Source: an uncultured bacterium | GTDB lineage: Bacteria > Oederibacteriota > Oederibacteriia > Oederibacteriales > Oederibacteriaceae | Length of the DNA: 64,000 bases | Assembly (NCBI GenBank): GCA_965112635.1 | Contig: OZ218778.1 | Span: 2,080,001-2,144,000 of the forward strand | Reading direction: 5' to 3' | Shown: positions 42,376 through 53,507 of the stretch, piece after piece | Position numbering within the stretch: the stretch's first letter is position 1 | Layout of the letters: the number at the start of each line of letters is the position of its first letter | The notes under the pieces: generated by a model | What the model saw: the letters and a program-made list of their open reading frames with translations, nothing else | Told to the model about the DNA's origin: nothing | The model's database searches: none | Position numbers and translations under genes: made by a program

Positions 42376-42948
42376 ATGGGGAAATCTTTGAGAGGAACCA
42401 AGACAGAGCAAAATCTTTTAAAGGCGTTTGCCGGAGAATCCCAGGCCAGGAACCGTTACACCTTTTTCGCGAGCGCTGCTAAAAAGGAAGGTTTTGAGCA
42501 TATCGCAAAGACCTTCCTGGAGACCGCGGACAATGAAAAAGAGCACGCCAAGCTGTTCTTTAAATATTTAGAAGGGGGAGAAGTGGAGATCACGGCTTCT
42601 TATCCGGCCGGCATGATCATGAGCACCCTGTCGAATCTAAAAGCCGCAGCAGATGGCGAGAACATGGAGTGGGGAACCCTATATCCTGACTTTGCCAAAG
42701 TGGCCAGCGAAGAGGGCTTTCCTGAAGTTGCCAATACTTTTGTGCAGATCGCCAAAGTTGAGAAGTTCCATGAGGAGCGGTATCGCAAGCTGGCGGATGA
42801 CGAGTCCAAGGGAACGGTATTTAAAAGAGCGATCAAAGTAAAGTGGCACTGCATGAACTGCGGGATGATTATCGAGAGCACCGAAGCGCCTAATATTTGC
42901 CCGGCTTGCAAGCATCCCCAGGCTTACTATGAGGTCCTTGGAGAATAG
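42376..42948 (+). CDS. rbr: Rubrerythrin
   Basis: [21 protein letters not shown]-terminal CxxC...CPAC rubredoxin-like domain. Confidence 0.95.
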   Translation: MGKSLRGTKTEQNLLKAFAGESQARNRYTFFASAAKKEGFEHIAKTFLETADNEKEHAKLFFKYLEGGEVEITASYPAGMIMSTLSNLKAAADGENMEWGTLYPDFAKVASEEGFPEVANTFVQIAKVEKFHEERYRKLADDESKGTVFKRAIKVKWHCMNCGMIIESTEAPNICPACKHPQAYYEVLGE

Positions 42949-42981
42949 AAAACATTTCTGCAATGCGGGCTGAAATGGAAA

Positions 42982-43398
42982 ATGGCTGATTATAACAAGA
43001 TAGGGGTATTGATCCTGAGGGACAAGAAAATCCTGATGTGCCGCAAGGACAACACCACTTCCAAATTGATCATGCCCGGCGGCTGCCTGGAGCAGGGAGA
43101 AGCGCCTTTGCAGTGCCTTCAGCGCGAGCTGAGGGAAGAGCTGGGTGAAGTCTCCCTTTCCAATCTTATTTACCTTGGCACTTATGCCGATAAGGCGGCT
43201 GTGGACGATCCGAAAGTGCATAAGACTTTGGAGATGGAGTTGTATCAGGGGGAGCTGACGGGCAGCCCCAGCCCCCATTCCGAGATCAAAGAACTAGTTT
43301 GGTACGGCAAGGAAGATGACCGCAGCTTCCTGACCCCCATCATGCTTAACAAGATACTACCTGACCTGATCAAACGCCGCATCTTGCCCTGGGAATAA
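42982..43398 (+). CDS. Nudix hydrolase
   Basis: PGGCLEQGEAPLQCLQRELREELG Nudix box. Confidence 0.9.
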   Translation: MADYNKIGVLILRDKKILMCRKDNTTSKLIMPGGCLEQGEAPLQCLQRELREELGEVSLSNLIYLGTYADKAAVDDPKVHKTLEMELYQGELTGSPSPHSEIKELVWYGKEDDRSFLTPIMLNKILPDLIKRRILPWE

Positions 43399-43430
43399 GG
43401 GCATTGACCTTCCTGAATGACTGACAAGAG

Positions 43431-45317
43431 GTGACCTTGAAAAAGATCGAGTTGCTGGCCCCGGCTAAAGATTTGGAGTGCGGGAAAACCGCAATCGATT
43501 GCGGGGCTGATGCTGTTTACATGGGAGGCCCCTATTTCGGCGCCCGCGAAGCCGCGGCCAACTCCATCGAAGATATTGCGGCCATGGTCAAATACGCCCA
43601 TCCTTATTGGGCCAATGTTTATGTCACGATAAATACTATCCTCAAAGATGAAGAAGTCCTCCGGGCGGTCAACCTCATCAAGGAGCTGTACCAGATTGGC
43701 GTGGACGGTGTCCTTATCCAGGATGTCGGCCTTTTAGAATGCGACCTCCCAGCCATCCCTCTTATCGCCAGCACCCAGATTCACAATGCCTCTCCACAAC
43801 AGGTCGCTTTTTTGCAAAAAGCGGGTTTTAAACGGGCTGTCTTGGCCAGGGAACTGGACCTGGGCCAGATCCGGGCCATCCGCCAGGCAGCGCCGGATAT
43901 TGAGCTGGAGTTTTTCGTGCACGGAGCCCTATGCGTGGGTTACAGCGGTCAATGCTACCTGAGCTATTGCATGGGAGGCCGCAGCGCCAACCGGGGTGTC
44001 TGCGCCCAGCCTTGCCGCAAACCCTACCATTTGGTGGACAAGCACGGCTTGGTCAGAATTGACGGAAAATATCTCTTATCTCTGGCTGACCTCAATCTTT
44101 CCAGCCACTTGGGGTTACTTTTGGATAATGGCATCACTTCATTTAAAATCGAAGGCCGTCTCAAAGATAAGAACTATGTAGCCAATACCACGGCATTTTA
44201 TAGGGCTGAGATAGACAAGATTCTTAAGCACAAAAAAATGGCCAGGTCCTCCAGCGGGAGCTCCAAAATTGGGTTTGTGCCGGACGTCAACAAGACTTTT
44301 AACCGGGGCTACACGACCAGTTATTTTCTTTTTGGCCGCCGGAAACCTGTAGGGCAGCCATTGACGCCGAAGATGACAGGGGAGGCCGTGGGCAAAGTCA
44401 AGGCGGTCACTCAGGACGGGCTGGTCCTGGAAACTGCAGCGCTTCTCAAGCCCGGTGACGGCATCAGTTTTTTTGACCAGCAGATGAGGCTTTGCGGCAC
44501 TTCCATTGAAACGGTCAAGGGCAAAGCCATCACGGTCACAAAAAAACAGGGCCTTTTCCCAGGAACCGTTATTTTCCGCAACCATGACCATGAATTTTTG
44601 AGCAGTTTGGCCCGCAGTCCCAAACAGCGGGCTATTGCAGTGAAATTTATTCTTCGGACAGTAGCGGGGGGGTTGGAGTTATCCGTCAGGGATGAGGACG
44701 GCAATGAAGCCATGGCTATATGGAAAGGCAAGCTCGAACCCGCTGAAAATGCCGATAAGGCCCTGGCCAATATTTCCAGCCAACTTAAAAGCACGGGCGG
44801 AACAATATTCCGATGCGATACCGTTGAGGCCCATTGTGAACCTGTGTGTTTTCTCCGTACCGCTGAGCTGAATAGCCTGCGCCGGGACGCCCTAAAAAAG
44901 CTGGCGGATGCCAGAGTTCTGAACCGCCCTAAAAAGGAATCACCGTTGATCCCCAACGCAGAGCCCTATTTCCAAAAGGACCTGACCTACCAGGGCAATG
45001 TCCTCAACCGCTGGGCGCGGGCTTTTTACCAGAGGCACGGAGTTTCCCGTATGGAACCGGCGGCAGAAGCAGGAAAGGACATGGCCGGGCACAAGGTGAT
45101 GATGACCCGTTATTGCCTTAAATACGATTTTGGCCTATGTCAAAAGATGGGGAGCAAAAAAATCCTGGCAGAGCCATTATTCCTCATCGACGAGGAAGGA
45201 CATAAGCTTCGGCTGGAGTTTGATTGCAAGCGCTGCGGTATGAATATTTTCCTGGAAAAACCAAGCCATACCGGGCATCCAGCAAACTCCGGGCAGGTTG
45301 TCAAAAACACCAAGTAA
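43431..45317 (+). CDS. Peptidase U32 family protein (RlhA-like RNA hydroxylation, DUF3656)
   Basis: ELLAPA, GADAVY, HGALCVGYSGQC, NRGVCAQPCR, FKIEGR. Confidence 0.9.
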   Translation: MTLKKIELLAPAKDLECGKTAIDCGADAVYMGGPYFGAREAAANSIEDIAAMVKYAHPYWANVYVTINTILKDEEVLRAVNLIKELYQIGVDGVLIQDVGLLECDLPAIPLIASTQIHNASPQQVAFLQKAGFKRAVLARELDLGQIRAIRQAAPDIELEFFVHGALCVGYSGQCYLSYCMGGRSANRGVCAQPCRKPYHLVDKHGLVRIDGKYLLSLADLNLSSHLGLLLDNGITSFKIEGRLKDKNYVANTTAFYRAEIDKILKHKKMARSSSGSSKIGFVPDVNKTFNRGYTTSYFLFGRRKPVGQPLTPKMTGEAVGKVKAVTQDGLVLETAALLKPGDGISFFDQQMRLCGTSIETVKGKAITVTKKQGLFPGTVIFRNHDHEFLSSLARSPKQRAIAVKFILRTVAGGLELSVRDEDGNEAMAIWKGKLEPAENADKALANISSQLKSTGGTIFRCDTVEAHCEPVCFLRTAELNSLRRDALKKLADARVLNRPKKESPLIPNAEPYFQKDLTYQGNVLNRWARAFYQRHGVSRMEPAAEAGKDMAGHKVMMTRYCLKYDFGLCQKMGSKKILAEPLFLIDEEGHKLRLEFDCKRCGMNIFLEKPSHTGHPANSGQVVKNTK

Positions 45318-45351
45318 ATATATGATGGCTGTATGAAAAGACGGAGGTTTT

Positions 45352-46104
45352 ATGTTCCTAGGCATTGATATAGGCAATACCAATATTGTCCTTGGTTTGT
45401 TCGACAAGGATAAGCTGCTGACCACCCTGCGTCTGCATTCCGATATCAACAAGACCTGGGATGAATATACCCTTTTCGTGGAAACCTACCTAAAAGACAG
45501 TGTTGAGGCTGTTCAGGGTATTGCCGGGGCAAGCGTGGTCCCGGTTTTGACGCCGATATGGACGAGGCTTTGCAAAAATGTTTTCAAGAAAGCGCCTTTA
45601 TGGGTTGACCCTAGCACCCGTTTGGGGATAAAGGTTAAATTAAAAAATCCCAGGGAGATCGGGGCCGACCGACTGGTCAACGCGGCAGCTGCCTGGAAAC
45701 TCTACGGCGGACCGGCTATTGTAGTGGATTTCGGCACGGCCACGACCTTTGACGTCATTTCCAGGAAAGGCGAGTATCTGGGCGGCGTGATCGCTCCGGG
45801 AGCAGGTATCTCGGCCGAGGCGTTGTTCCAGAGAACAGCCAAACTGCCCAAAGTGGAGATCCAAAAACCAGCCACAGCCATTGGCACTTATACTATCCAG
45901 TGCATAGAGTCCGGTCTTTATTATGGAAGCATTGGACAAATAAAAGAAATATTGAGCGTCATTAAGAAGGAGCTCAAGGGTAAGCCCAGGGTCATTGCCA
46001 CTGGCGGCTTGGCTCCTCTATTTAAGAAAACAGGGCTGTTTAACGCCATTGACCAGGACCTTACCTTAACTGGCCTGAAGATCGCCTATGAAAAACAACG
46101 GTAA
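45352..46104 (+). CDS. coaX: Type III pantothenate kinase
   Basis: IDIGNT, IGADR, VDFGTATT, GGVIAPG, ATGG. Confidence 0.95.
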   Translation: MFLGIDIGNTNIVLGLFDKDKLLTTLRLHSDINKTWDEYTLFVETYLKDSVEAVQGIAGASVVPVLTPIWTRLCKNVFKKAPLWVDPSTRLGIKVKLKNPREIGADRLVNAAAAWKLYGGPAIVVDFGTATTFDVISRKGEYLGGVIAPGAGISAEALFQRTAKLPKVEIQKPATAIGTYTIQCIESGLYYGSIGQIKEILSVIKKELKGKPRVIATGGLAPLFKKTGLFNAIDQDLTLTGLKIAYEKQR

Positions 46105-46813
46105 TCGCCGAGAGGTCCTCCAGCTATTAAAGGACCATATTAAAGAACGACAGCTCCACGATGAAAAGGTAGTGCTGGAATTAGGGACACCGCTCAGTAA
46201 AACCACAGATGCGGTTCAAAGTTCAAAATCAGTTGAAAATAACCCTTTTGAGTTGACTGATTTGGAGGATTTTAATAAAGCCATTTGCGATTGCCAAAAA
46301 TGCCCGTTGGGCAAGACGCGCAAGAAGTTCGTTTTTGGGGAAGGTCCGCAAACGGCTGAGCTTGTATTCGTGGGCGAGGCGCCCGGAGAAGAAGAAGACC
46401 TGCAGGGAAGGCCTTTTGTGGGCGAGGCCGGCAAGCTGCTGACCAAGATCATTGAGGCCATGGGGCTCAAAAGGGAAGATGTTTTTATCTGCAATGTCCT
46501 CAAGTGCCGGCCGCCCCAGAACCGCGAGCCCCAACCTTCCGAAATAGAACAATGCCAGCCGTATCTCAAGCACCAGCTAAAGATCATCCAGCCCAAAGCC
46601 ATCTGCGCATTGGGTTCTTTTGCCGCCAAAACCCTGCTCCAAAGCGAGCGCAGCATCGGACAGCTGAGAGGCAAGCTGTTCGAATATGAAGGAATTCCCC
46701 TTGTCCCCACCTACCATCCGGCAGCATGCCTGTATCATCCGGACAATAAGAAGTTCGTGTGGAAAGACGTGCAGGAAGTCATGAAAGTTCTGAAGGACAA
46801 AAAGGGGGTATAG
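46088..46813 (+). CDS. Family 4 uracil-DNA glycosylase (Fe-S)
   Basis: CQKCPL, GEAPG, GRPFVG, KCRPPQNR, TYHPAA. Confidence 0.93.
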   Translation: MKNNGNRREVLQLLKDHIKERQLHDEKVVLELGTPLSKTTDAVQSSKSVENNPFELTDLEDFNKAICDCQKCPLGKTRKKFVFGEGPQTAELVFVGEAPGEEEDLQGRPFVGEAGKLLTKIIEAMGLKREDVFICNVLKCRPPQNREPQPSEIEQCQPYLKHQLKIIQPKAICALGSFAAKTLLQSERSIGQLRGKLFEYEGIPLVPTYHPAACLYHPDNKKFVWKDVQEVMKVLKDKKGV

Positions 46814-46825
46814 TATAATTTGGTT

Positions 46826-47947
46826 ATGATGAACAAAAAAATCTTAGTCCTTTGTATCGCTCTTTTCGCCGTAGTCCTCTGCCAGTACGGAATTGGCCAG
46901 GAAAAGCCCCGCCCAATGATTTCCATCCCTATTTTGGCTTACCACCGTTTCAGCACTGACCTGACCGTGAAGAAAGAAAGCTCGGTCATCGATACCCAGC
47001 CCGAGAAGTTCGCCTCGGAAATGCAGTACCTAAAGGACAACGGCTATGAAGCTGTGAGCATGGATATTTTCCTGAAAGAAAACCTGAAGAAGCCCCTTCC
47101 TGCCAAGCCCGTGATCATTTGCTTTGACGACGGCTGGAAAAGCGCCTATAGCGTGGCTTTTCCCGTCCTAAAAAAGCTGGGGTTTACGGCCAACCTGTTC
47201 CTGGTCACCTCCTGCATCGGCGCGCCGGCTTTTTTAGACTGGCCCCAGTGCCGGGAAATGGCCGCGGCAGGGTTCACCATCTGTTCGCACTCGATCACGC
47301 ATGCCCATTTGACCCGTTTTCTGGACAAGGAAAAACCAGCTGACTACATCAAGCGTATCAGGTTCGAGCTGGAGGACTCCAAAAGAGTTTTGGAGAAACA
47401 GCTAGGCAATCCGGTAAGACATTTTGCCTATCCCTACGGAGATTACACCGAAGCTGTAGCGTTCCTAGCCAAGCAGGCAGGATATGAAACCCTGGACTTG
47501 GCCACGGACGGGGTTAATCCCTATCCAGCCGATCCCTCACGGATCTACCGTTTTATGGCCAGCAAACAAGAGGGGCCTAAAACCCTCAAAAGATGGCTGA
47601 ACTATCTTCCCCTGGCTATTAACTCGCCCCAGCCGGGAGACGGCAGCGTTATCCACAGCCGCGACCCCCATTTCAGCGCCGTGATTGATCCCCAGGCTTT
47701 TCCCGCCGATGTGACCATTGTCGGCCGCCTGGGAGAGGTATCGTATCCGTGTTCGTTTGATCCCCAAAAAGGTTTGGTGGCCTGGAGAGTGCCTTTTCAC
47801 CTGCGCATGGGTTTGCATGTGGCATCGGTCAATGTGACCGACCTGCAAACAGGGAAAATATACAGGGGGGCCTGGACTTTTGCGGTCAAATCCAGGGTTG
47901 ATTGCGACAAGTACCAGTTAGTCAAGAACCTTTTAAACCTACCCTGA
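46826..47947 (+). CDS. Exported polysaccharide deacetylase (CE4) with C-terminal Ig-like domain
   Basis: Signal peptide, PILAYH, CFDDG, HSITH, FAYPYG. Confidence 0.88.
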   Translation: MMNKKILVLCIALFAVVLCQYGIGQEKPRPMISIPILAYHRFSTDLTVKKESSVIDTQPEKFASEMQYLKDNGYEAVSMDIFLKENLKKPLPAKPVIICFDDGWKSAYSVAFPVLKKLGFTANLFLVTSCIGAPAFLDWPQCREMAAAGFTICSHSITHAHLTRFLDKEKPADYIKRIRFELEDSKRVLEKQLGNPVRHFAYPYGDYTEAVAFLAKQAGYETLDLATDGVNPYPADPSRIYRFMASKQEGPKTLKRWLNYLPLAINSPQPGDGSVIHSRDPHFSAVIDPQAFPADVTIVGRLGEVSYPCSFDPQKGLVAWRVPFHLRMGLHVASVNVTDLQTGKIYRGAWTFAVKSRVDCDKYQLVKNLLNLP

Positions 47948-47957
47948 GGATTAAAAA

Positions 47958-49064
47958 ATGGCCATGACTTCACGGGAACGAATGCTGACAGCTCTGTCCA
48001 ACGGCCGTCCCGACCGGCTTCCCTGCCAGGTGCACGGATGGATGTCGTATTACCTCGACCATTATCTGGGCGGTATGGATGAATGGCAGGCCTATGAGAA
48101 ATTCGGTATGGACTACGCCATCTATGTCAGCCCCCATTATATCTATGACCAGAAAGATTTGGCCAACTGGTCGGTCAAATACACGGACCTCGGCCGTGAC
48201 GCCAACGGCAACAGGGCCGGGCTGGAGACCATCACCACCCCCAAGGGAGTTCTGCGCAGAAAAGCCCTGCATACGGATATCACTGCTTTTGACACGGAAC
48301 ATCTGCTGAAAAATATCCAGGATTTTGAGATTTGGAACAAGTTTTGCCCCGTGCCCATCGCGGTTGATTTTGCTCCCATTCAGCAGGTCAAGGAGCGTCT
48401 GGGGGATAAAGGCATCGTTCGGTCCCATCCGTTCAGCCCGGGACAGGGGAGCCCGTGGCAGAGTTTTTGCACCCTGTTCGGCACCGAACCATCCATTGTC
48501 CTGGGGATGGATGAGCCCCAGACCCTGCACCATATCCTGGAGGCTATTGTCCTAAAAACCCTGCGGGTGACCGAGATGTGGAAGGGCACACCCGCGGACA
48601 TGGTCGAGGTCGGCGGAGGCGCGGGGTCCAGCACGGTCATCAGTCCAAAATTTTACAGAGAGTTCGGCCTGCCCTATGACCAGCGCCAGAACGTGCTTAT
48701 GCACGAGGCCGGGCTCAAGGTGGTCAACCACTTTTGCGGAGGCCTGATGCCCATGCTGGAACTGGTCGTGGAAAGCGGAGCTGACGGCCTGGAGACCATG
48801 ACCCCTCCGGCCAAGGGCGGGGACTGTAATCTGGCCGAGGCTTCCCGCAGGGTGGGAGACAAGCTGTTTTTTATCGGCGGGTTCGACCAGAACGCAGGCT
48901 TTGAGAACGGCACGCCCCAAAAGGCCCGTCAGCTGGTGCTGGAATGTTTTGAGGCCACCAAGGACCATGCGGGATATATCCTCTGCCCCTCGGACCACTT
49001 TTTCCAGGGCGATCCTGCCTGTCTCCAGGCTTTTGCGGACGCCGCCAAAGAATGCGTGTATTGA
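47958..49064 (+). CDS. Uroporphyrinogen decarboxylase/MtaA-like family protein
   Basis: MTSRERMLTAL...PDRLP N-terminus, ISPKFYREF, HFCG, GGFDQ. Confidence 0.85.
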   Translation: MAMTSRERMLTALSNGRPDRLPCQVHGWMSYYLDHYLGGMDEWQAYEKFGMDYAIYVSPHYIYDQKDLANWSVKYTDLGRDANGNRAGLETITTPKGVLRRKALHTDITAFDTEHLLKNIQDFEIWNKFCPVPIAVDFAPIQQVKERLGDKGIVRSHPFSPGQGSPWQSFCTLFGTEPSIVLGMDEPQTLHHILEAIVLKTLRVTEMWKGTPADMVEVGGGAGSSTVISPKFYREFGLPYDQRQNVLMHEAGLKVVNHFCGGLMPMLELVVESGADGLETMTPPAKGGDCNLAEASRRVGDKLFFIGGFDQNAGFENGTPQKARQLVLECFEATKDHAGYILCPSDHFFQGDPACLQAFADAAKECVY

Positions 49065-49133
49065 TGAAAACCAACCGGCCTTGGGTCGATCTTCAGATGG
49101 TCAGCCCTTGGGCAGGTAGTAGAATGGTGAGCT

Positions 49134-49943
49134 ATGAAAACAGGTAAAGAGCTTATTCAGGATATTGATTCTTACAAACCCGATGCTGATCATTGCGCGT
49201 TCTGGTGGCTGGGCCAGCACAGCTTCGTGCTGAAATCCAGGGAAGGGGTATGCTATTTGGATCCTTTCCTGACCCCCATCCAGGGACGCCAGGCCGCCCC
49301 GCCTCTGGCACCTTCTGACATCGCCAATGCGACGCTCATTCTGGGAAGCCATGACCACGCCGACCATATTGACCGGGATGCCTGGCCCATGCTGGCCAAG
49401 GCGTCTCCGCAGGCCAAGTTTGTGGTGCCGGATCTCCTCCGCGCGCGCGTCGCGGGAGAATTAAACCTGCCTTTGGAGCGTGTGGCCGGGGTTGATCAGT
49501 TCATCAACTTTGAACATAGCGGGATCAAGATTACCGGAGTCCCCGCGGCCCATGAGTTCCTTGACGCTGATCCCAACACCGGACTCCATCCCTACCTGGG
49601 ATTTGTCCTGGAATTATCCGGATTGACCGTTTACCATGCCGGGGATACATGCATGTATGAAGGCATGCAGGAAATATTGCGCTTCTGGAATTTGGACCTG
49701 GCCTTTTTGCCCATCAACGGCAGGGACGCGAAACGCCTTCGCTCAAACTGTATCGGTAACATGACCTACCAGGAGGCAGCAGACCTGGCTGGTGCGATCC
49801 AGCCCCGGCTGACGGTCCCGGCACATTTTGACATGTTCCAGGGGAACATGGAGAACCCGGCGCTTTTCGCGGACTACATGGCGGTGAAGTACCCGGACAT
49901 CAAGGTCTGCGTCCCGCAGTACGGCCAGAGGACCATCGTGTGA
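49134..49943 (+). CDS. MBL-fold metallo-hydrolase (UlaG-like)
   Basis: WWLGQ, SHDHADHID, YHAGDT, LPING, PAHFDMF. Confidence 0.88.
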   Translation: MKTGKELIQDIDSYKPDADHCAFWWLGQHSFVLKSREGVCYLDPFLTPIQGRQAAPPLAPSDIANATLILGSHDHADHIDRDAWPMLAKASPQAKFVVPDLLRARVAGELNLPLERVAGVDQFINFEHSGIKITGVPAAHEFLDADPNTGLHPYLGFVLELSGLTVYHAGDTCMYEGMQEILRFWNLDLAFLPINGRDAKRLRSNCIGNMTYQEAADLAGAIQPRLTVPAHFDMFQGNMENPALFADYMAVKYPDIKVCVPQYGQRTIV

Positions 49944-50992
49944 ATACCCTTCAAGACCTAGAATTCAAAAAAGACTTAGGACAGGCGCGGGATTTTTGGG
50001 ACGCATTTTGGAAAGGGCGGCAGTTGGGCCGTCCGGCGCTGTACATCGTTGTGCCGAAACTGGGATTTTCCGGAGTGGAAATGCCTTATCCGGTCCGGCC
50101 TGACCAGCCCCTGGAACCGCTGATCGCCGCGATCGAAGGATACGGACTAAGCCGCCATTTTCTCGCAGAGGCTATCCCGTTCTTCATGATGGAATTCGGG
50201 CCGGAACATTTTGCCAACTTTCTCGGGGCGGAAATGCGCTACGGGTCCAATACGGGCTGGATCGTGCCGTGCGTGGAAAATTGGGATGATTTCGAGATCC
50301 GCCTGCATGCCGAGTCGGCCCCCTGGCTTAAAACTATAGAAATTATCCGTACCTTAAGGGAACGCTTGGGCGGGAAACTCTTCATCAATATGCCGGTGCT
50401 TTCAGCCGGATTGGATGCGCTTTCGGCCCTCCGCGGGCCGGAAAAGTTATTGATGGATCTGGCTGATTGTCCGGAGAAGATCGCCGCGGCGCTGAAAAAG
50501 GTCTGCGCGGTTTATGATGAGGTCGTCAAGGGCATGGCCGAGGTCTGCGACTGGGACCGTACCGGCAGCCTTAATTGGAACGGCATGTACCACCCGGGAC
50601 GCATCAACACTATCCAGTGCGATTGTTCAGGCATGATCAGCCCGGATCTTTTCCGGGAACTGGCGATTCCCTGCCTGGTTCACGAGGCCAGCCACTATCA
50701 GGCGGTCACCTACCATCTGGACGGACCGCAGGCCCTCAAGCATCTGGAAGCGTTGTGCGCTCTTCCCGAGTTAGACGTGATCCAGTACATGCCCGGGCTC
50801 CAGGAAACCAAGGAAGCCATAGAGAACACTTACCATCGTATAGCCAGCCTGGGGAAGGGAGTTGTCGTTGTACGCGGCGCTGATCCGGAGATGGTGCGCC
50901 GGATCTGGAATGAATTTCCAGACCGCAAACTCGTGTTCCACATGACCTTTCCTACGGTTAAAGAGGCGGAAAAGTTCATCGCATCATTCTAA
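49940..50992 (+). CDS. URO-D/MtaA-like TIM-barrel protein
   Basis: LSALRGPEKLLMDL, QCDCSGMISPDLFRE, YHLDG. Confidence 0.78.
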   Translation: MNTLQDLEFKKDLGQARDFWDAFWKGRQLGRPALYIVVPKLGFSGVEMPYPVRPDQPLEPLIAAIEGYGLSRHFLAEAIPFFMMEFGPEHFANFLGAEMRYGSNTGWIVPCVENWDDFEIRLHAESAPWLKTIEIIRTLRERLGGKLFINMPVLSAGLDALSALRGPEKLLMDLADCPEKIAAALKKVCAVYDEVVKGMAEVCDWDRTGSLNWNGMYHPGRINTIQCDCSGMISPDLFRELAIPCLVHEASHYQAVTYHLDGPQALKHLEALCALPELDVIQYMPGLQETKEAIENTYHRIASLGKGVVVVRGADPEMVRRIWNEFPDRKLVFHMTFPTVKEAEKFIASF

Positions 50993-51020
50993 GGATTCCA
51001 AATTCCCAAAGAGGTACTTT

Positions 51021-52124
51021 GTGACCATAGACCAGTTGATGGACGAGCTCCAGAGCAAGATCGCCAGCCCTGCGCACCAGGCGAGGAAGAACGCGCTTGA
51101 GCCCCGCTTTTACACTTATTTGGAAAACCTGGGAGAGGTCCAGCTTTTCGGCTACAACCTGAACAAATACCTCACCAACGCGGTCTTTAACTGCGAGATG
51201 CAGCTCAGGCAGAAACTTTTCTGCCTCGAAAATTTCAGCGACGACAGCTTTTTCGGTATGGATGTGAGCGCGGCCGTGGGCATGTATTTTGAGTATACCC
51301 TGGTCGGTCTCGATGTCCGGCACCAGGACGACGGCGTTCCGCACATCCAGGACGACCATCCGCTGAGCGTCACTCCGGACCTGAAACTCCTGAAGCCCCA
51401 TGATTTCAAGACCAGCGGGTTTATGCCCAGGATCTTCCGGCTGTACGAAGACCTGAAAAAACTGGGCAAAGACCGGCTCAATGTTATTTTTCCTATCTGG
51501 CAGCGCGGTCCCCTGGACATGGCTATCCAGTTGCGCGGTTATGACCGCTTCATCATGGACACGGCAGAACGTCCGGAGTTCGTTCACGGCCTGATGAAAT
51601 ACCTGAACCAAGAGCGTATGCGCTGGTGGGAAGCCTACCGCCAATTTTCCGGCAGCAGGGAAGAGTCGGCCCAGATACACGATGACTGGATAAATGTTCC
51701 CTTCATATCCCCGGCTATGTTCGAGGAATTTGTCCTGCCGCGCTACCTGGAACTGGAGGCTTTTCACGGCAAGATCCCCTACATCCATTCCTGCGGCAAC
51801 AAGGTTCCGGTCCAGAAAATGCTGGAACAGATCAAGACTCTCGAGGTGCATGAGGTCAACCACTGGACCGACTTGGAAGCCACGCTGTCCAATGTGCCTG
51901 CAATAAAGTTTCTAAACATCAGCCTTCTTAATACCGAGGTGTTATTGGCGGACGAGGTCAAGATGCGCCGGGAACTGCAGCGCATTGTGCGGCTCTGTCA
52001 GGGCCGCCATTACAGCGTGTGCGCCCAGGCCATTGAAAAGGTACATGATGATATGGCCGAAGATATCGCCCAGGTCAAACGGTGGCTGGTTATTGCCCGG
52101 GAAGTATTGCGCCCCGCTAAATGA
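51021..52124 (+). CDS. URO-D/MtaA-like family protein
   Basis: RGPLDMAIQLRG, ISPAMFEEFVLP, YIHSCG. Confidence 0.8.
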   Translation: MTIDQLMDELQSKIASPAHQARKNALEPRFYTYLENLGEVQLFGYNLNKYLTNAVFNCEMQLRQKLFCLENFSDDSFFGMDVSAAVGMYFEYTLVGLDVRHQDDGVPHIQDDHPLSVTPDLKLLKPHDFKTSGFMPRIFRLYEDLKKLGKDRLNVIFPIWQRGPLDMAIQLRGYDRFIMDTAERPEFVHGLMKYLNQERMRWWEAYRQFSGSREESAQIHDDWINVPFISPAMFEEFVLPRYLELEAFHGKIPYIHSCGNKVPVQKMLEQIKTLEVHEVNHWTDLEATLSNVPAIKFLNISLLNTEVLLADEVKMRRELQRIVRLCQGRHYSVCAQAIEKVHDDMAEDIAQVKRWLVIAREVLRPAK

Positions 52125-52151
52125 TATCGAGGTAGGAGATAAAATAATACT

Positions 52152-53486
52152 GTGAAACCAAATATTGTGCGTGCTTTTCATGTGATGACCAAGCCCATCG
52201 GGCCGGTATGCAACCTGGATTGCCAATACTGCTTTTATACCGAGAAAACAAAATTTTACCCGCAAACCCAAGATTTCAAGATGTCCGATAAAGTATTAGA
52301 AAATTATATCCGCCAGTATATCGAGGCCCAGGATGTTCCGGAAATAAGCTTTGCCTGGCAGGGCGGGGAGCCGACCCTTTTGGGAATAGAATTTTTCCAG
52401 CACGCCGTAGACCTGCAAAAAAAGTATTTGCCGATGGGAAAACGGGTATTCAACGCCATCCAGACCAACGGGACCCTGTTAGATGATGCATGGTGCAAGT
52501 TCCTGCGGGACAATAAATTTTTGGTGGGGCTGAGCCTGGACGGGCCTGAACCTTTGCATGACCGCTATCGCCGGGATAAAGCAGGCCAGCCTACTTTTGA
52601 AATGGTGATGGAAGGACTGGAGCTTTTGAAAGAGCATCAGGTGGATTTCAATATCCTGACCGTGGTCAACCGCGCTAATTCCCAGAAGCCCCTGGAAGTC
52701 TACCGGTTTTTGAAACAAAGCGGGGCAACATTTCTGCAGTTCATACCTTTGGTGGAACGGGTCATCTCCGGCGGTACTCTGGCGGGTCCGCCATCCCAAA
52801 TAGATAGCGGGGAAGCTCCAAGGCTCAGTGAGGCGAGCCCGCTACTCAGCGAGGCAAGCGTGGAGCCTCTGGCTTTTGGTAAATTTCTTAACGAAATATT
52901 CCAGGAATGGGTGCACCATGATGTGGGAAAGGTTTTTGTCCAGCTTTTTGACGTGCAGCTGGGCATCCAGATGGGCCGTTCCTCCACGCTGTGCTATTTT
53001 TCCAAGACCTGCGGCCAGGCTCTGGCCCTGGAGCACAACGGCGACCTGTTTCCCTGCGACCATTACGTGTATCCGGAGTTAAAATTGGGGAATATGATGG
53101 AAGCCCCTTTGGCTGAAATGGCGCACTCGGAGAAACAGGTAAAATTTGGCCAGGACAAATCCGCTGGCCTGCCGGGTTATTGCCGAAAATGCCAGTTCCT
53201 GTATGCCTGTAACGGGGAGTGCCCCAAGCATCGCTTCCGGAAAACCGCGGATGGAGAGTTTGGGCTGAACTATTTGTGCGAAGGGTATAAAGCCTTTTTC
53301 GGTTTTGCCGGCCCTTATCTGGGAAGGCTTGCTGATATGCTCAGGGTGGGCAGGCCGGCCTCGGACATCATGACTCTCTTAGCGGGTAAGGACTATCTTT
53401 CCCAGCCCAAGTCCGTTGGCCGCAACGACCCCTGCCCCTGTGGCAGCCGCATAAAATACAAAAAATGCCACGGGGCCGCCACTTAG
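52152..53486 (+). CDS. Anaerobic sulfatase-maturating radical SAM/SPASM enzyme with SEC-C tail
   Basis: [25 protein letters not shown]...[24 protein letters not shown]. Confidence 0.93.
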   Translation: MKPNIVRAFHVMTKPIGPVCNLDCQYCFYTEKTKFYPQTQDFKMSDKVLENYIRQYIEAQDVPEISFAWQGGEPTLLGIEFFQHAVDLQKKYLPMGKRVFNAIQTNGTLLDDAWCKFLRDNKFLVGLSLDGPEPLHDRYRRDKAGQPTFEMVMEGLELLKEHQVDFNILTVVNRANSQKPLEVYRFLKQSGATFLQFIPLVERVISGGTLAGPPSQIDSGEAPRLSEASPLLSEASVEPLAFGKFLNEIFQEWVHHDVGKVFVQLFDVQLGIQMGRSSTLCYFSKTCGQALALEHNGDLFPCDHYVYPELKLGNMMEAPLAEMAHSEKQVKFGQDKSAGLPGYCRKCQFLYACNGECPKHRFRKTADGEFGLNYLCEGYKAFFGFAGPYLGRLADMLRVGRPASDIMTLLAGKDYLSQPKSVGRNDPCPCGSRIKYKKCHGAAT

Positions 53487-53507
53487 CAATACTTATACCC
53501 CCATTGG

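Noticed and set aside
52824-52859. 21-nt-period duplication in anSME (LSEAS x2)
   Set aside because: In-frame, in a likely variable loop; no sign of function
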